Notes: a model not told the origin generated them from the sequence alone. A stretch of DNA of 63,783 nt, filler included, from 6 parts of 6 records of this genome joined end to end with filler, not necessarily neighbours in it, one strand, 5' to 3'. Shown: positions 38,836-50,035, numbered from the whole stretch's first letter. Numbers and translations: made by a program.

Positions 38836-39232
38836 ACCATGGGACATAAGAACGGTTGAAGGCTTTACCCTTCTTGAGATAATGGTGAGCCTCTCCATTG
38901 TCGCCATTGTCTTTGTCTCCCTGTTCAAGATGCAGTCCTCGAGCATCATGCTTGCCGGATACGGCAAATTTCATTCAACCGCCCCCTTTCTCGCGCGGCA
39001 GACCCTCACCCGGATCGAAGGGGATCTTGACGATGATGACGCCCCCTCGGGTGATTTTGGGGACAGTTTTCCAGGATACCAATGGCAGGCGCGGATCTCC
39101 GATTACCAGACCTATGATTCCGCGATCATCCCGGAATCGGCCGCCAAACGGCTCAAGCGGGTGGAGATCGAAATCCTGCAGGGAGAAAACCGGTTCACCC
39201 TGAATACCTGGAGATATCTTGGTAATGAATAG
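38819..39232 (+). CDS. gspI: T2SS minor pseudopilin I (TTG start inferred from AGGAG at 38806)
   Basis: GFTLLEIMVSL; G.F...FPGYQW. Confidence 0.78.
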   Translation: MTSACKPWDIRTVEGFTLLEIMVSLSIVAIVFVSLFKMQSSSIMLAGYGKFHSTAPFLARQTLTRIEGDLDDDDAPSGDFGDSFPGYQWQARISDYQTYDSAIIPESAAKRLKRVEIEILQGENRFTLNTWRYLGNE

Positions 39233-39890
39233 GGGGTTCACGCTGATAGAGATCCTAATCGCCGTCCTGATCTTCGGGGTGTTGATGACCACCCTGTTCA
39301 CCTCGTTCCAGTCTTTCATCACCTCTTCAACGGTGGTGGGGGACGGGCTTGCCCAGGACGAACGGATCAGAACCCTCCTGGGCCACCTGGAAAGGGACCT
39401 TGGCGCCCTGTACATCACCCGCCCCCCCCGGTACAAAAAACCGGAAACCACTTCCGACCCGGATCCGTTCAGGTTCCAGGGCACCCAGGAGAGCATTGGC
39501 GGCACCCTGGTTTCAAAGCTTGGGTTTGCCTCCCTCAACCACCTGGCCTTGGGTGGCAGGGATATCCCCGGCGTGGCAAGGATCGTCTACCGTGCAAGGG
39601 CCAACAGCGACAACGGGATGGATCTTTGCCGGTCCGACGTATTGAGACCCTTTGAGGAGCCACCGGAGCGCGCCTGCGATCCCGTCCTGGTCCGCAACAT
39701 ATCGGATTTTCAGCTGACCTATGTGGACAGCGAGGGGGACGAACACACCTCCTGGGACTCGGAATCGAACACCTTCAAGTACACCCTGCCCGTTTCCGTA
39801 AAATTCAAGATCACCCTCGACACCGGCGATACCCCCCGGATCATCGAGACCCGGATCCCGCTCCCCGTATCAAGGGAGGCCCAGGATTGA
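39225..39890 (+). CDS. gspJ: T2SS minor pseudopilin J
   Basis: GFTLIEILIA, LERDL, LPVSV. Confidence 0.8.
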   Translation: MNRGFTLIEILIAVLIFGVLMTTLFTSFQSFITSSTVVGDGLAQDERIRTLLGHLERDLGALYITRPPRYKKPETTSDPDPFRFQGTQESIGGTLVSKLGFASLNHLALGGRDIPGVARIVYRARANSDNGMDLCRSDVLRPFEEPPERACDPVLVRNISDFQLTYVDSEGDEHTSWDSESNTFKYTLPVSVKFKITLDTGDTPRIIETRIPLPVSREAQD

Positions 39891-40999
39891 CACGGGTTGC
39901 CAACAATAAAGACGGCATGGCCCTCCTGATCTGCCTTGCCATCATCGCCGTGCTTGCCGCAGCCGGGCTTGAACTGGGAAAACGGGTGAGGAGCGCCACC
40001 GACCATGCCATTGTCCTCCAGGACAGCTTCCGGGCCGAGGAGATGGCCCTGGCAGGCATCAACCTGGCCATGCTCCTTTTAGAAGAGGATGCCAACGCCA
40101 ATGAAACCGATTCCATCCAGGAGTCCTGGGCCGACCCTGAAGAACTGGGAACGGCAATCGCCTCCCTGGGCTACGACACCGGTAACATGACCCTCACCAT
40201 TACGGATGAACTGGGAAAGATACAGGTCAACGCCCTGTTGAACGAATTTCCAGGTCACACCTTCAACCCGGATCAGCAGGAGTTCTGGGAACGCTTCCTG
40301 GACCTGCTCATCTCGGCGGACAAGTCCGAGGATACCCGGAATCCAGTGGAGATCATCAATTGCGTCAAGGACTGGATGGACTCCCTGGACGATGACGAGG
40401 AAACAGGTGCATCCGGTGAGGAATCCGCCTATTACCAGGATCTTGATCCGCCCTACACCTGCGCCAACGGCCCATTCGATCTCCTGGATGAGCTCTTTCT
40501 GGTCAAAGGCGTGTCAAAGGATCTGCTGGCCCATGAACCCATCGAGGGGTTCGATGAATTCGAGGGTGAAGCCCTGGATTTTTCAGAAGCCTTTACCGTT
40601 TTCGGCATGGATGATATTGTGTCTGAAAATGGGCGCTACCGTTTTCCGGGGACCATCAACATCAACACCGCCGATGTCATGATTCTGGCGGCCCTTCTGC
40701 CTTCGGGCATGGAAGACCAGGCCGAAGAACTGGCGGATTACAGGGTTGAAAAGCAGGAGGAGACGGGCGATTTTGTTAACACCCTTGACAAGGGGTGGTA
40801 CAAAACGGTAATCGACTTGTCAGGAAAAGAGGAAAAACGATTCGACCGCCTGATACGCTACTCAAGCCATATTTTCAAGGCTGGGTGCACGGCAACGGTG
40901 GGCAATACGGAAAAGACGATCATCGCCTACATTAACAGGAAAAAGGACAAAGAGACCAACAGATGGACCTGCGAAACCATCCGGTTGTTGAGGAATTAG
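39887..40999 (+). CDS. gspK: T2SS minor pseudopilin K
   Basis: GMALLI, ITDELGKIQVN, DWMD, ELFLVKGV, ININTA. Confidence 0.88.
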   Translation: MTRVANNKDGMALLICLAIIAVLAAAGLELGKRVRSATDHAIVLQDSFRAEEMALAGINLAMLLLEEDANANETDSIQESWADPEELGTAIASLGYDTGNMTLTITDELGKIQVNALLNEFPGHTFNPDQQEFWERFLDLLISADKSEDTRNPVEIINCVKDWMDSLDDDEETGASGEESAYYQDLDPPYTCANGPFDLLDELFLVKGVSKDLLAHEPIEGFDEFEGEALDFSEAFTVFGMDDIVSENGRYRFPGTININTADVMILAALLPSGMEDQAEELADYRVEKQEETGDFVNTLDKGWYKTVIDLSGKEEKRFDRLIRYSSHIFKAGCTATVGNTEKTIIAYINRKKDKETNRWTCETIRLLRN

Positions 41000-41008
41000 A
41001 GGCTTTTT

Positions 41009-42442
41009 ATGAACAGAACGATCCTTGGACTTGACATAGGCACCAACTCGCTGACAGCCGTTATCGTGGAAAAGCCGTTAAAGGGATTTTCCATAAAGGA
41101 AAGCGTGACCATCCCCTTTGAAGACCTCGAGGACCCGGAGAGTTCCAACGCTGAAGAGACGGATACCACCCCTTTTGAACGGGCCGTTTCCCTTCTTCCG
41201 GAAAAGATCGACTGCAAGGGCGTCTCCTCCGTGGCCGTGTCCATCCCCTCCTCCGCTGTCTCCTTCAGGAACATCGCCCTTCCCTTTCGATCCGCCAAAA
41301 AGATCCGGCAGGTCCTTGGGTTTGAGCTGGCCTCCCTCCTTCCCCTGGCAGACGAGACCTATGTATCGGATTTCACCCGGCCCAAACGAAACAGCGCAAA
41401 TGATTTCCCCCCGTTGTTGACGGCATCGGTTCCGGACGCGGCCCTCGGATCCTGGTTTTCCGCCCTGGAAACAGCAGGCCTGCGCCCCTCCCTCATCACG
41501 GTCCAGGGCTACATCGCCGCCGACCACCTGCTTGAGGCCGGCAACGGCGAGGCGCACACCCTGTGGATCGACCGGGCCGAAGATCACACCACCCTGTGCC
41601 TTGGGTCCGGGGGAACCATCGTCCAGGTCCGGTCCCTGGGAGCGAACCTTTCCGCGACCGCCCTGGCAAGAGCCATTCAGCAGACCGTTCAAGGCGAACA
41701 CCAGCGGTCCCAGGAGGGGTTCATGCCCCAGCGATGCGTCATCACCTCCCGGGAAGCGGAGGCTGAAGCCCTGTGCGGCCCCCTTGAAGAGGCCCTGGGT
41801 TATCCGGCAGACGTTGCCGACACAAGCCCGCACCCCATCAATGCGGTCTCGGCCGCCCTTGCCAATGCGACATCCAGGCCTGTCTTCAATTTCTGCCAGG
41901 GAGAGTACGCCGAGGATTCCATCCTGAAACGCTATACAGCCAACATCGTTGTGCTGCTCATTTTTGTTGTCATGGCATTTTCAGCCTTTCTGTTCAAGGT
42001 CCACGCCGACATCGGCTACATGGAGAACAATGCGTCCGAACTTGACAAGGCCACCGTCGCCGTGTTCAAAAAGAGCTTTCCACAGGTAAAAAGGATCGTG
42101 GATCCTTTGATGCAGATGAAGATAGAACTCAAACAGCTCAAGGAAACCTCGGGCCTTTCGGGGGAGACAAGCGCTCCCAAGGAAGGCCTCCACCACCGAT
42201 GCGTGGATATTTTAGCCGAGCTGTCAAAAAAAATACCGTCGTCCATCGACATTGAAACCAACCGGTTCATTCTGAACCCGGGCCGGATTCTCCTGTCCGG
42301 CTCAACGGCGAACTTCAACGATGTGGACAAGGTAAAGGGACTGCTTGAAGAATCGGCTCTTTTCAAGCAGGTGGAAATCCAGAGCGCCGCGGCAGATAAA
42401 ACAGGCAAACGGGTTCGATTTAAATTTGTCATAACCCTATAG
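41009..42442 (+). CDS. gspL: T2SS protein L (PilM/PilN-like)
   Basis: LGLDIG actin-like start, FRNIALPF, TM helix, periplasmic C-terminal domain. Confidence 0.82.
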   Translation: MNRTILGLDIGTNSLTAVIVEKPLKGFSIKESVTIPFEDLEDPESSNAEETDTTPFERAVSLLPEKIDCKGVSSVAVSIPSSAVSFRNIALPFRSAKKIRQVLGFELASLLPLADETYVSDFTRPKRNSANDFPPLLTASVPDAALGSWFSALETAGLRPSLITVQGYIAADHLLEAGNGEAHTLWIDRAEDHTTLCLGSGGTIVQVRSLGANLSATALARAIQQTVQGEHQRSQEGFMPQRCVITSREAEAEALCGPLEEALGYPADVADTSPHPINAVSAALANATSRPVFNFCQGEYAEDSILKRYTANIVVLLIFVVMAFSAFLFKVHADIGYMENNASELDKATVAVFKKSFPQVKRIVDPLMQMKIELKQLKETSGLSGETSAPKEGLHHRCVDILAELSKKIPSSIDIETNRFILNPGRILLSGSTANFNDVDKVKGLLEESALFKQVEIQSAAADKTGKRVRFKFVITL

Positions 42443-42454
42443 GATGGTTTGCAT

Positions 42455-42510
42455 ATGAACCTTTCACAACGAGACAAAAAGGCATTGATCATCTGCGCTG
42501 CATTTCTGAT
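42455..42510 (+). CDS. gspM: Probable GspM N-terminus (truncated)
   Basis: MNLSQRDKKALIICAAFL runs into the gap directly after gspL. Confidence 0.6.
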
Positions 42511-42610
42511 NNNNNNNNNNNNNNNNNNNNNNNNNNNNNNNNNNNNNNNNNNNNTTAATTAATTAANNNNNNNNNNNNNNNNNNNNNNNNNNNNNNNNNN
42601 NNNNNNNNNN
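42511..42610. other. Artificial contig spacer
   Basis: N44-TTAATTAATTAA-N44. Confidence 0.99.
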
Positions 42611-44087
42611 CGACTTCCACGGGACGCATGCCGGCGCCGATACCGGCTCCCCCGGCCTCTTCGAGCTCTTCAAGCTCATCCGCGTCTCCCAGTTCTTCGA
42701 CATCATCAAGCTCGTCCAGCTCCTCCACCTCTACCGGACGCATACCGGATGTGGGCGATGGGCTTGCAGGCCCCTTTGACCTCAAATTCTGAACACTGGC
42801 ATTTTCAACGGTGAAGTGGGCGTTACTGAGAGCCGACTTGATCATACTCTCCAGATCGGTGACGGTAAAACTGGGCTCTTCCTTCTGCTCCTCTTTCTTG
42901 CTCACAAGGAAGCGAATGATCTCATCCCAGCTTTTATCTAAAAGAGCGTCTATATCGTCTTTTTTCTTCTTAAGGAATTTATCTGAAAGCCCCTTCTGAA
43001 TCTCCCTGCGGACCTCTTCCTTGCGTGACTTCAGTTCAAGTTCGTATTTCTCCCAGTTAAGCTCTTCTTCCGCTTCCAGAAGCTCCCGGAGAAAGTTTAG
43101 TTGAAATTTCTTGATCTTCTTTCTGAAAACGAGCTCCTGGTTCTGTCTCAGATTGAGGATCAGAAAGCAAAGCAGAAAGATACATACGAATAGGGAAACC
43201 AGAAGAAGAAGGCGGTACTCACTGTTCAAAACCAGGTCCGCACCGGGGATGGCCGTGATAGAGACGGAACCGTCTGTATTCACGTTCTGGACGAGGTAGT
43301 AATCCCTACCGTCCGCACTGGCCGCCTTCTGTATATAGTTCGAGCGTCCCGCACTTCTACGGAACTGCTCCAGTACCGCCCCCATCACATCAAACTGAGA
43401 AGGGGTCAGGTTGTAAACCAGAAGCTCATTCTCCAGGATCTGGAGCCTGTTTACATCGGAGAGGCCTCCCTTCCTGTAGAGTTCATCCTGAAGGCCGCCG
43501 ATAGAAAAATCCGCTGTCGCGGTACCTCTGAAGAGCCCGTATTGGTCGACTGCGGGGAAAGAATAGAGTATCCTGCCGTTTTCTTTATCATAGCTGACAA
43601 CGGGAGAGCTCTCCTTGTCCGCCATATAGGCAAAGGGAGCGTCAGCGTCCTCGCTGTCTTTCAACAGCTTATATTGAATCCTACTGTCGCTGCGTCTGTT
43701 GATATCCGAGCTTTTCGTGCTGTACAGGATGTTCAGTCTGTTCTGATCGATGATTCTCAGATCCTGAAAACCTGTCAGCTCATCCCCCAGTCGTCCGAAA
43801 AGATTCGCCCTGTCGGCTATGTCCTTTCTCTCTTGACTGGGATCGTAGACATTGCGAATATAGCTGAGATCGAGAAGACTCTGAAGCTGCTCACTGTTTT
43901 CCCGGTGGTACTGTTCCACCAGCTGAGCGTTCCTGGACAGCCTGTCTTTCTGACTCTCGATGACACGCTGGCTGAAAAATTGGGTTTCGATTTCGCTGAA
44001 AGCACCTGTAAAAGCGAAATAGCCCAAAGCGCTGACGGTCGCTAGAGAGATGATTAAGGATGTCAGAATCTTATAGATTAACCGCAT
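42611..44087 (-). CDS. Hypothetical two-TM protein with a periplasmic Cache-like region and an acidic repetitive tail (truncated)
   Basis: TM, about 270-aa periplasmic region, TM, coiled region, then EEL-rich repeats. Confidence 0.7.
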
Positions 44088-44231
44088 TCTACCCGCTACA
44101 AAAAAAAATAAGGAAGATCAACCTCCCAGAGGAGATAAACCTTCCTTAATATTATCGAAATTTAACTGTCTTTACATTAGAGTGATTCAATCAATTAATT
44201 CACTCTTTTGCATAGCCGGATCCAAGGAATA

Positions 44232-44606
44232 TTATTCCTTATCCCCTTCAGACTTCTCCACCAGCTCGAGGAGTACCATCTCAGCGGCATCACCCTGTCT
44301 GAATCCCATCTTCAGGATTCTGGTGTATCCGCCGGGACGCTCGGTAAAGCGGGGAGCGATTTCTGTAAACAGCTTGTTCAGAACGTCCTTATCCTGGATA
44401 TTCTTGGCAATGATCCGACGATTGTGCACAGAGTCTTCTTTCGCTCTGGTAATCATCTTTTCAGCTGTCTTTCTTACTTCAAGAGCCTTCGCCTTGGTGG
44501 TCTGGATTCTCTCGTGTTTGAACAGAGAAGTAACCATATTTCTGCGAAGAGCCTTTCTGTGACTGGCTTTGCGGCCGAGTCTGTTGAAACCAACTCTGTT
44601 ATGCAT
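44232..44606 (-). CDS. rplQ: 50S ribosomal protein L17
   Basis: [21 protein letters not shown]. Confidence 0.97.
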   Translation of the reverse strand: MHNRVGFNRLGRKASHRKALRRNMVTSLFKHERIQTTKAKALEVRKTAEKMITRAKEDSVHNRRIIAKNIQDKDVLNKLFTEIAPRFTERPGGYTRILKMGFRQGDAAEMVLLELVEKSEGDKE

Positions 44607-44608
44607 GA

Positions 44609-45649
44609 TTATTCTTCCTTATTGCTATCAAGCTTTATTGTTTTCTTCAAAACGCTGTAATCAACCATTCCCAGGGAGAGGTTCCATTCCTTCAGCTTTT
44701 CCTTGATTTCCATCAGGGATTTCTTACCGAAGTTTCTGGTCTTCGCGATATCCTCTTCCGTTCTTCTGGTCAGATCGCCAATAGTTTTGATGTTCGCATT
44801 CTTCAGACAATTACTTGAACGTACGGAAAGCTCCAGCTCTTCGACGGGAGTGTCAAGAAGCGCTTTTACTCTCTCTTCTTCCTCGTCCACCTCATCGTCG
44901 CCCATCACGTCATCCTCATCGAAATTGATGAAAATGGTAAAGTGATCCTTGGCGATCTTGGCAGATTCGGCAAGAGCGTCTTCAGGAGAGATTGTGCCGT
45001 CCGTCCAGATCTCGAGGATCAGCTTATCGTAATCCGATCTCTGTCCGACGCGGGTATTCTCTACTTCGTACCGTACCTTCTTGATGGGTGAGAAGATGGA
45101 GTCGACGGGAATGGTTCCCACGACATCGATATACTTCTCGTTCAGTTCGGAGGGCACATATCCTCTTCCCAGGTCGATCTGAATTTCAAACTCGAGATCG
45201 GCATTTTCCATCATGGTACAAATCTTAAGGTCTTTGTTGGTAACGACCACACCGTCTTTTTCAAGATCGGCTCCGGTCATTTCGCCGCCACCTTTCCATT
45301 CAACCAGGATTGTCTTCTCTTCAATATCTTCAGGAAGGCTTAATTGCAGAGATTTTAAATTGCTGATCAGTTCGGGTGTATCTTCCACAACCTCGGGAAT
45401 GGATTCGAACTCGCTGGTGATAACATGGGCGTTTCCGTCCTTGTTATACGATGTGATCCGGACTGCGGTTACGGCAAATCCCTGAATGGAGGAGAGGAGT
45501 ATTCTCCGGAGTGAGTTTCCGATGGTAGCTCCATAACCTCTTTCGAAAGGATAAGCCATGAACTTTCCGTATCCGGCATCCTGCTCACCATGCTCAAAGG
45601 TGATTCCTTTTGGTCGTTTAAATCCCTTCAATAGGTTTTTACGTGCCAT
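44609..45649 (-). CDS. rpoA: RNA polymerase alpha subunit
   Basis: [35 protein letters not shown]. Confidence 0.98.
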   Translation of the reverse strand: MARKNLLKGFKRPKGITFEHGEQDAGYGKFMAYPFERGYGATIGNSLRRILLSSIQGFAVTAVRITSYNKDGNAHVITSEFESIPEVVEDTPELISNLKSLQLSLPEDIEEKTILVEWKGGGEMTGADLEKDGVVVTNKDLKICTMMENADLEFEIQIDLGRGYVPSELNEKYIDVVGTIPVDSIFSPIKKVRYEVENTRVGQRSDYDKLILEIWTDGTISPEDALAESAKIAKDHFTIFINFDEDDVMGDDEVDEEEERVKALLDTPVEELELSVRSSNCLKNANIKTIGDLTRRTEEDIAKTRNFGKKSLMEIKEKLKEWNLSLGMVDYSVLKKTIKLDSNKEE

Positions 45650-45725
45650 TTCTGCTCCTTACTACAATAAGCGAACAACCGGTTTGAAGTTCAAACCGGT
45701 TAAGTTCAACCTGCTTCCTTAGATC

Positions 45726-46106
45726 TTAAACTCTTCTGCTCTTCTTGGGACGACATCCATTGTGAGGGATCGGAGTAATATCCCTGATGGATTTCACCCG
45801 CAGGCCGAGTCCACCCAGTGATCTGATAGCAGATTCACGTCCAACGCCAGGACCCTTAACGTATACGTTAACTTCCTGAAGCCCGAAATCGAGGGCTCTG
45901 TTGGCAGCGGTCTCAGCTGTAGTCTGAGCTGCGTAAGGAGTGGATTTCTTAGCACCCTTGAACCCGAGGGATCCGGCGCTGCTCCAGGAGATCGCATTTC
46001 CCTTCAGATCAGTGATGGTAACAATGGTGTTATTGAAGGTGGCCTGAATATAGACATTACCTTCAAATATATTTTTCTTTTCTCTTTTCTTCTTAGCCTT
46101 TGCCAA
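45726..46106 (-). CDS. rpsK: 30S ribosomal protein S11
   Basis: [16 protein letters not shown]. Confidence 0.98.
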   Translation of the reverse strand: MAKAKKKREKKNIFEGNVYIQATFNNTIVTITDLKGNAISWSSAGSLGFKGAKKSTPYAAQTTAETAANRALDFGLQEVNVYVKGPGVGRESAIRSLGGLGLRVKSIRDITPIPHNGCRPKKSRRV

Positions 46107-46125
46107 TTTCTAAACCTCCAACCGT

Positions 46126-46491
46126 TTACTTTTTCTTCTTAGCAACGGTTTTGACCTTACCCTTACGGGTACGGGCGTTCGTCTTGGTTCTCTGTCCGTT
46201 AACAGGCAGGCTTCTTCTATGGCGAAGACCCCGGTAACATCCGATGTCCATGAGGCGCTTGATATTCAAGGCTACCTCTGATCTCAGACGACCTTCTACC
46301 TTGTATTCATTCTCAATCAGCTTTCTCAGTTCGTTAACTTCTTCTGAGCTGAGTTCGTTGATTCTTTTTTCCGGATCTACTCCAGTTTTTGCACAGATTT
46401 CCTTAGCAGAGGTTCTACCAATACCGAAAATATATGTCAGTGCAATGTCTGTATGCTTGTTGGGCAGATCTATACCTGCAATACGAGCCAC
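46126..46491 (-). CDS. rpsM: 30S ribosomal protein S13
   Basis: [20 protein letters not shown]. Confidence 0.98.
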   Translation of the reverse strand: MARIAGIDLPNKHTDIALTYIFGIGRTSAKEICAKTGVDPEKRINELSSEEVNELRKLIENEYKVEGRLRSEVALNIKRLMDIGCYRGLRHRRSLPVNGQRTKTNARTRKGKVKTVAKKKK

Positions 46492-46502
46492 TTACGGACC
46501 TC

Positions 46503-46616
46503 CTACTTCTGTCTCTGTTTGTGTTTGGGATTTTCGCAAACGATTCTCAGGACACCACGTCTCCTGATAACCTTGCATTTATCACAAATAGGCTTAACAC
46601 TCGCTCTAACCTTCAT
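46503..46616 (-). CDS. rpmJ: 50S ribosomal protein L36 (Zn-binding form; not in the ORF track)
   Basis: Manual translation [37 protein letters not shown]. Confidence 0.97.
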   Translation of the reverse strand: MKVRASVKPICDKCKVIRRRGVLRIVCENPKHKQRQK

Positions 46617-46626
46617 ATTCTACCTC

Positions 46627-47958
46627 TTATAGGTTTCTTGTTTTCAGCTTCCCACGCTTTACAAGTCCATCATGGTGGTGCATTTTCATGTGACTTTCGA
46701 TCTGACTCATCAGATCCAGGTCAACACCGACCATAATCAATAACGAAGTACCTCCCATTAAGTAGGCAACCTGCTGCGGGAATCCAAACAGGTTAATAAT
46801 AAAGGAAGGAATCAATGCTATCAATGCCAGGAAGAGTGAACCGGGCAGAACTATGCGGTTAAGCACCTTGGTAAGGTACTCTTCCATGTTCTCGGACCGG
46901 ATTCCCGGGATTGAACCGCCATTTTCTCTTATTTGCCGGGCAATTTCAATAGGGTTCATAGACACCTGGGTGTAAAAGTAGGCAAAAAAGATAATCAGCA
47001 ACGTATACATGACCAGGTAGGGGCCGCCGTTTGGCCGGAGCCAGCTGGCGATCTGGGACCAGGTTTTGCTGCTGCTTCCAAGAGTCCCTGCAATCTGAAG
47101 GGGGAATGTCAGAATTGAAGAAGCAAAGATTACGGGGATAACACCGCTGGGGTTGATCTTGATGGGGATGTAGGTGTTTTGCGCACCGTAGATCCGACGA
47201 CCAACGATTCTCTTTGCATAATTCACAGGGATTTTTCTCTGCCCCTGCTGCTCGTAGATCACCAGCATAATGATTCCGACGAACATAAGAAGGGCGAAAA
47301 TTACAAATACGGGGTTCAGATTTCCACTTCGGATCTCCTTGCCCAGGACACTGAACGCACCAGGCATCCGTGCTACGATACCAGCAAAGATCAGCAACGA
47401 GATTCCGTTACCGATACCCTTTGCGTTGATCTGTTCACCGATCCACATCAGGAACATGGTACCCGTCGTTACCGTAAGCATGGCAACAACGGTATACCTC
47501 CACCCTACCATGGAAGGAATGATGGCATCAGGGATTCTGCTGGCATAAACGGTAACCGCATAGGACTGAATGATACATACCACTACAGTGCCGTAACGGA
47601 TCAGTTTCTGAATCTTTTTCTTTCCGCCCTCTTCCTCGGAGATTTTCTTCAACCGGGGGAAGACCAGCAGCAGAAGCTGCATGATAATGGACATGGAAAT
47701 GTAGGGCATGATACCCAGCATGAAGATGGAGAAGTTTTTAAACGCACCACCTGCGAAAAAGTCCAGATATTCAGTAATACCCATAGACGAGCCGCTGGAA
47801 GCCTGGTTCAGAAAGTACAGTCTGAGAGCCGAAGCATCGATGCCCGGAATGGGAAGGATTGCGCCAAGTCTGAATACTATCAGCATTCCCAGCGTAAAGA
47901 AGATCTTTGTACGGAGCTCCCTTACTTTAAACATGTCGTAGAGTGGATTACCAGCCAT
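46627..47958 (-). CDS. secY: Preprotein translocase SecY
   Basis: LGIMPYI, GIGNGISLLIFAGI, GVIPVIFA, GGTSLLI. Confidence 0.98.
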   Translation of the reverse strand: MAGNPLYDMFKVRELRTKIFFTLGMLIVFRLGAILPIPGIDASALRLYFLNQASSGSSMGITEYLDFFAGGAFKNFSIFMLGIMPYISMSIIMQLLLLVFPRLKKISEEEGGKKKIQKLIRYGTVVVCIIQSYAVTVYASRIPDAIIPSMVGWRYTVVAMLTVTTGTMFLMWIGEQINAKGIGNGISLLIFAGIVARMPGAFSVLGKEIRSGNLNPVFVIFALLMFVGIIMLVIYEQQGQRKIPVNYAKRIVGRRIYGAQNTYIPIKINPSGVIPVIFASSILTFPLQIAGTLGSSSKTWSQIASWLRPNGGPYLVMYTLLIIFFAYFYTQVSMNPIEIARQIRENGGSIPGIRSENMEEYLTKVLNRIVLPGSLFLALIALIPSFIINLFGFPQQVAYLMGGTSLLIMVGVDLDLMSQIESHMKMHHHDGLVKRGKLKTRNL

Positions 47959-47964
47959 AAATTA

Positions 47965-48423
47965 TTATTCCTGATTTGTATTGTTTACTACTTTGCCACC
48001 GGCCTTTTCGATTTTCTCGACTGCTCCGGCGGAAACCTTTTCAATCTGAACCTCAAGCTTCTTGCTCAGCTCACCGTTGGCAAGAATCTTAACATTTTTC
48101 TCAGACTTCTTAATCAGGCCTTTTTCCACAAGAGTTTCGAGCGAAACCGTTTCGCCGTCACTGTAGTTCTTCTCCAGAAGGAAAAGGTTCACAGGAACGT
48201 AGGTCTTCTTGAACATGTAGTTCGAAAATCCCCTTGCGGCAACTCTTCTGTAGAGGGGCATCTGCCCCCCTTCAAAACCGGGGCGAACGTTTCCGCCGGA
48301 TCTGGCCTTCTGACCCTTATGACCCTTACCGGAGGTTTTACCGGTACCGGCCCCATGTCCCCGACCGAGGACCTTTTTGTTTCTATTGGCGCCCTTGGGA
48401 GCCTTAAGTTCGAAATTGCTCAT
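47965..48423 (-). CDS. rplO: 50S ribosomal protein L15
   Basis: GHKGQKARSG, GFEGGQMP. Confidence 0.97.
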   Translation of the reverse strand: MSNFELKAPKGANRNKKVLGRGHGAGTGKTSGKGHKGQKARSGGNVRPGFEGGQMPLYRRVAARGFSNYMFKKTYVPVNLFLLEKNYSDGETVSLETLVEKGLIKKSEKNVKILANGELSKKLEVQIEKVSAGAVEKIEKAGGKVVNNTNQE

Positions 48424-48424
48424 C

Positions 48425-48610
48425 CTAGTTTAACTCCTCAACTTCAACGAGGTGCGAAATTGTCTGAACCATTCCCAGAACAGAGGGATTAGCCTCTTTT
48501 TCCACAACGGAGTTAAGCTTACCGAGACCCAGGGCCTTAGCGGTTTTCTTCTGTTCAGGTTTCCGGCCGATGGTACTGCGTACCAGTTTAACACGAATCA
48601 TCTTTGCCAT
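48425..48610 (-). CDS. rpmD: 50S ribosomal protein L30
   Basis: [13 protein letters not shown]; true start MAKM at 48610. Confidence 0.95.
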   Translation of the reverse strand: MAKMIRVKLVRSTIGRKPEQKKTAKALGLGKLNSVVEKEANPSVLGMVQTISHLVEVEELN

Positions 48611-48611
48611 A

Positions 48612-49118
48612 TTAACCCCACAGTTCGCTGATGCTCTTACCGCGACCGTCAGCAATAGACTTGGCATCGAAAAGATTGTCCAGTCCATTGAATACGCTCT
48701 TAACAATATTCATGGTGTTCTTGGAGCCGAGGCTCTTGGCAAGAATATCATGGATACCAGCAGCTTCCATAACCGCACGAACGGGTCCGCCGGCGATGAT
48801 CCCGGTACCGGGAGCAGCGGGCTTCAGCAGCACGGAAGCACTCTTGAATTCACCCAGTATTTCATGGGGAATAGTACTCTTCTTGAGGGGGATGGTCCGC
48901 AGGTTGCCCTTGGCCTTCTCCACGCTCTTCCGAATAGCTTCGGCAACGTCGTTTGCCTTACCGAAACCGTAACCTACCCGGCCTTTACCGTCGCCGACAA
49001 CCATAAGAGCGGAGAAAGACATCTTCCGACCACCCTTAACGGCCTTGGATACGCGATTCAGTCTGATAAGCTTCTCGGTAAATTCTTTTTCTTCTTTCTG
49101 TCTTTTTTCAAACGCCAT
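48612..49118 (-). CDS. rpsE: 30S ribosomal protein S5
   Basis: [22 protein letters not shown]. Confidence 0.98.
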   Translation of the reverse strand: MAFEKRQKEEKEFTEKLIRLNRVSKAVKGGRKMSFSALMVVGDGKGRVGYGFGKANDVAEAIRKSVEKAKGNLRTIPLKKSTIPHEILGEFKSASVLLKPAAPGTGIIAGGPVRAVMEAAGIHDILAKSLGSKNTMNIVKSVFNGLDNLFDAKSIADGRGKSISELWG

Positions 49119-49128
49119 TGTTTACCTC

Positions 49129-49488
49129 TTAAAACTGAATGCCTTCGGCTCTGGCGGCTTCGGCGATCGCCTTTACAACACCGTGATACATATAACCGTT
49201 CCGGTCGAACACGATGGCGCTGATTCCGGCGGCTTTCATTCTCTCACCGATGACCTTACCCATCTGGGTTCCGCCTTCCACGGTAGACTTCACAGACGAA
49301 AGATCCTTTTCCAGGGTAGAAGCGCTTACAAGGGTGTGCCCCTTGATGTCGTCAATGACCTGGATGCTCAGGTTCTTGTTGCTTTTGAAAACAGTCAGTC
49401 TGGGTCTTTCAGCAGTACCGGAGATTCTCTTCCGGACATGTCTCTTTCTCTGCTGCCTTTTGACCTGCTTTTCTTTAATTCTATCCAT
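49129..49488 (-). CDS. rplR: 50S ribosomal protein L18
   Basis: RPRLTVFKSN, FDRNGYMYHG. Confidence 0.97.
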   Translation of the reverse strand: MDRIKEKQVKRQQRKRHVRKRISGTAERPRLTVFKSNKNLSIQVIDDIKGHTLVSASTLEKDLSSVKSTVEGGTQMGKVIGERMKAAGISAIVFDRNGYMYHGVVKAIAEAARAEGIQF

Positions 49489-49498
49489 TACCTATACC

Positions 49499-50035
49499 CT
49501 ACTTAACACCGGACTTTCCGACTTTCCGTCTGATATGCTCTGTCTCATACTTGATTCCCTTGCCCTTGTAAGGCTCGGGGGGTCTGAGACCACGGATCTC
49601 ACTGGCGGCCAGTCCAACGACCTCCTTGGAGATACCGGAAACAGTCACCTTGCTTCCGTCAACGGCAGCGGTGATGCCCTCAGGCAGAACATATTCGATC
49701 TGGGTAGAGTAGCCGAGGTTGAAGAGAACGCTCTTTCCCTTGACTTCCGCCCTGTAACCGACACCATTGATAACAAGAGACTTGGAAAATCCCTGGGAAA
49801 CACCGATAACCATGTTCTCCAGAAGCTTTCTATACAGTCCGTGCATGGACTTGGCTCTCTTGGAATCGTCTTTTCTGCTGACCGTAGCCACATCATCCTT
49901 GATATCAAAGCTGACTTCGGGCTCGAAGGCCTGGGTGAGTTCACCCTTAGTGCCTTTTACGGTCAGGATATTGTTATTAACAGTAACGGTAACCCCTTTG
50001 GGTACCGTCAACGGTTTTAAACCGATACGTGACAT
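49499..50035 (-). CDS. rplF: 50S ribosomal protein L6
   Basis: MSRIG, RPPEPYKGKGI. Confidence 0.98.
   Translation of the reverse strand: MSRIGLKPLTVPKGVTVTVNNNILTVKGTKGELTQAFEPEVSFDIKDDVATVSRKDDSKRAKSMHGLYRKLLENMVIGVSQGFSKSLVINGVGYRAEVKGKSVLFNLGYSTQIEYVLPEGITAAVDGSKVTVSGISKEVVGLAASEIRGLRPPEPYKGKGIKYETEHIRRKVGKSGVK

Noticed and set aside
38839-38859. Possible frameshift at the gspI start (ATG GGA CAT AAG AAC GGT TGA, out of frame)
   Set aside because: An in-frame TTG at 38819 with AGGAG 8 nt upstream explains gspI without a frameshift
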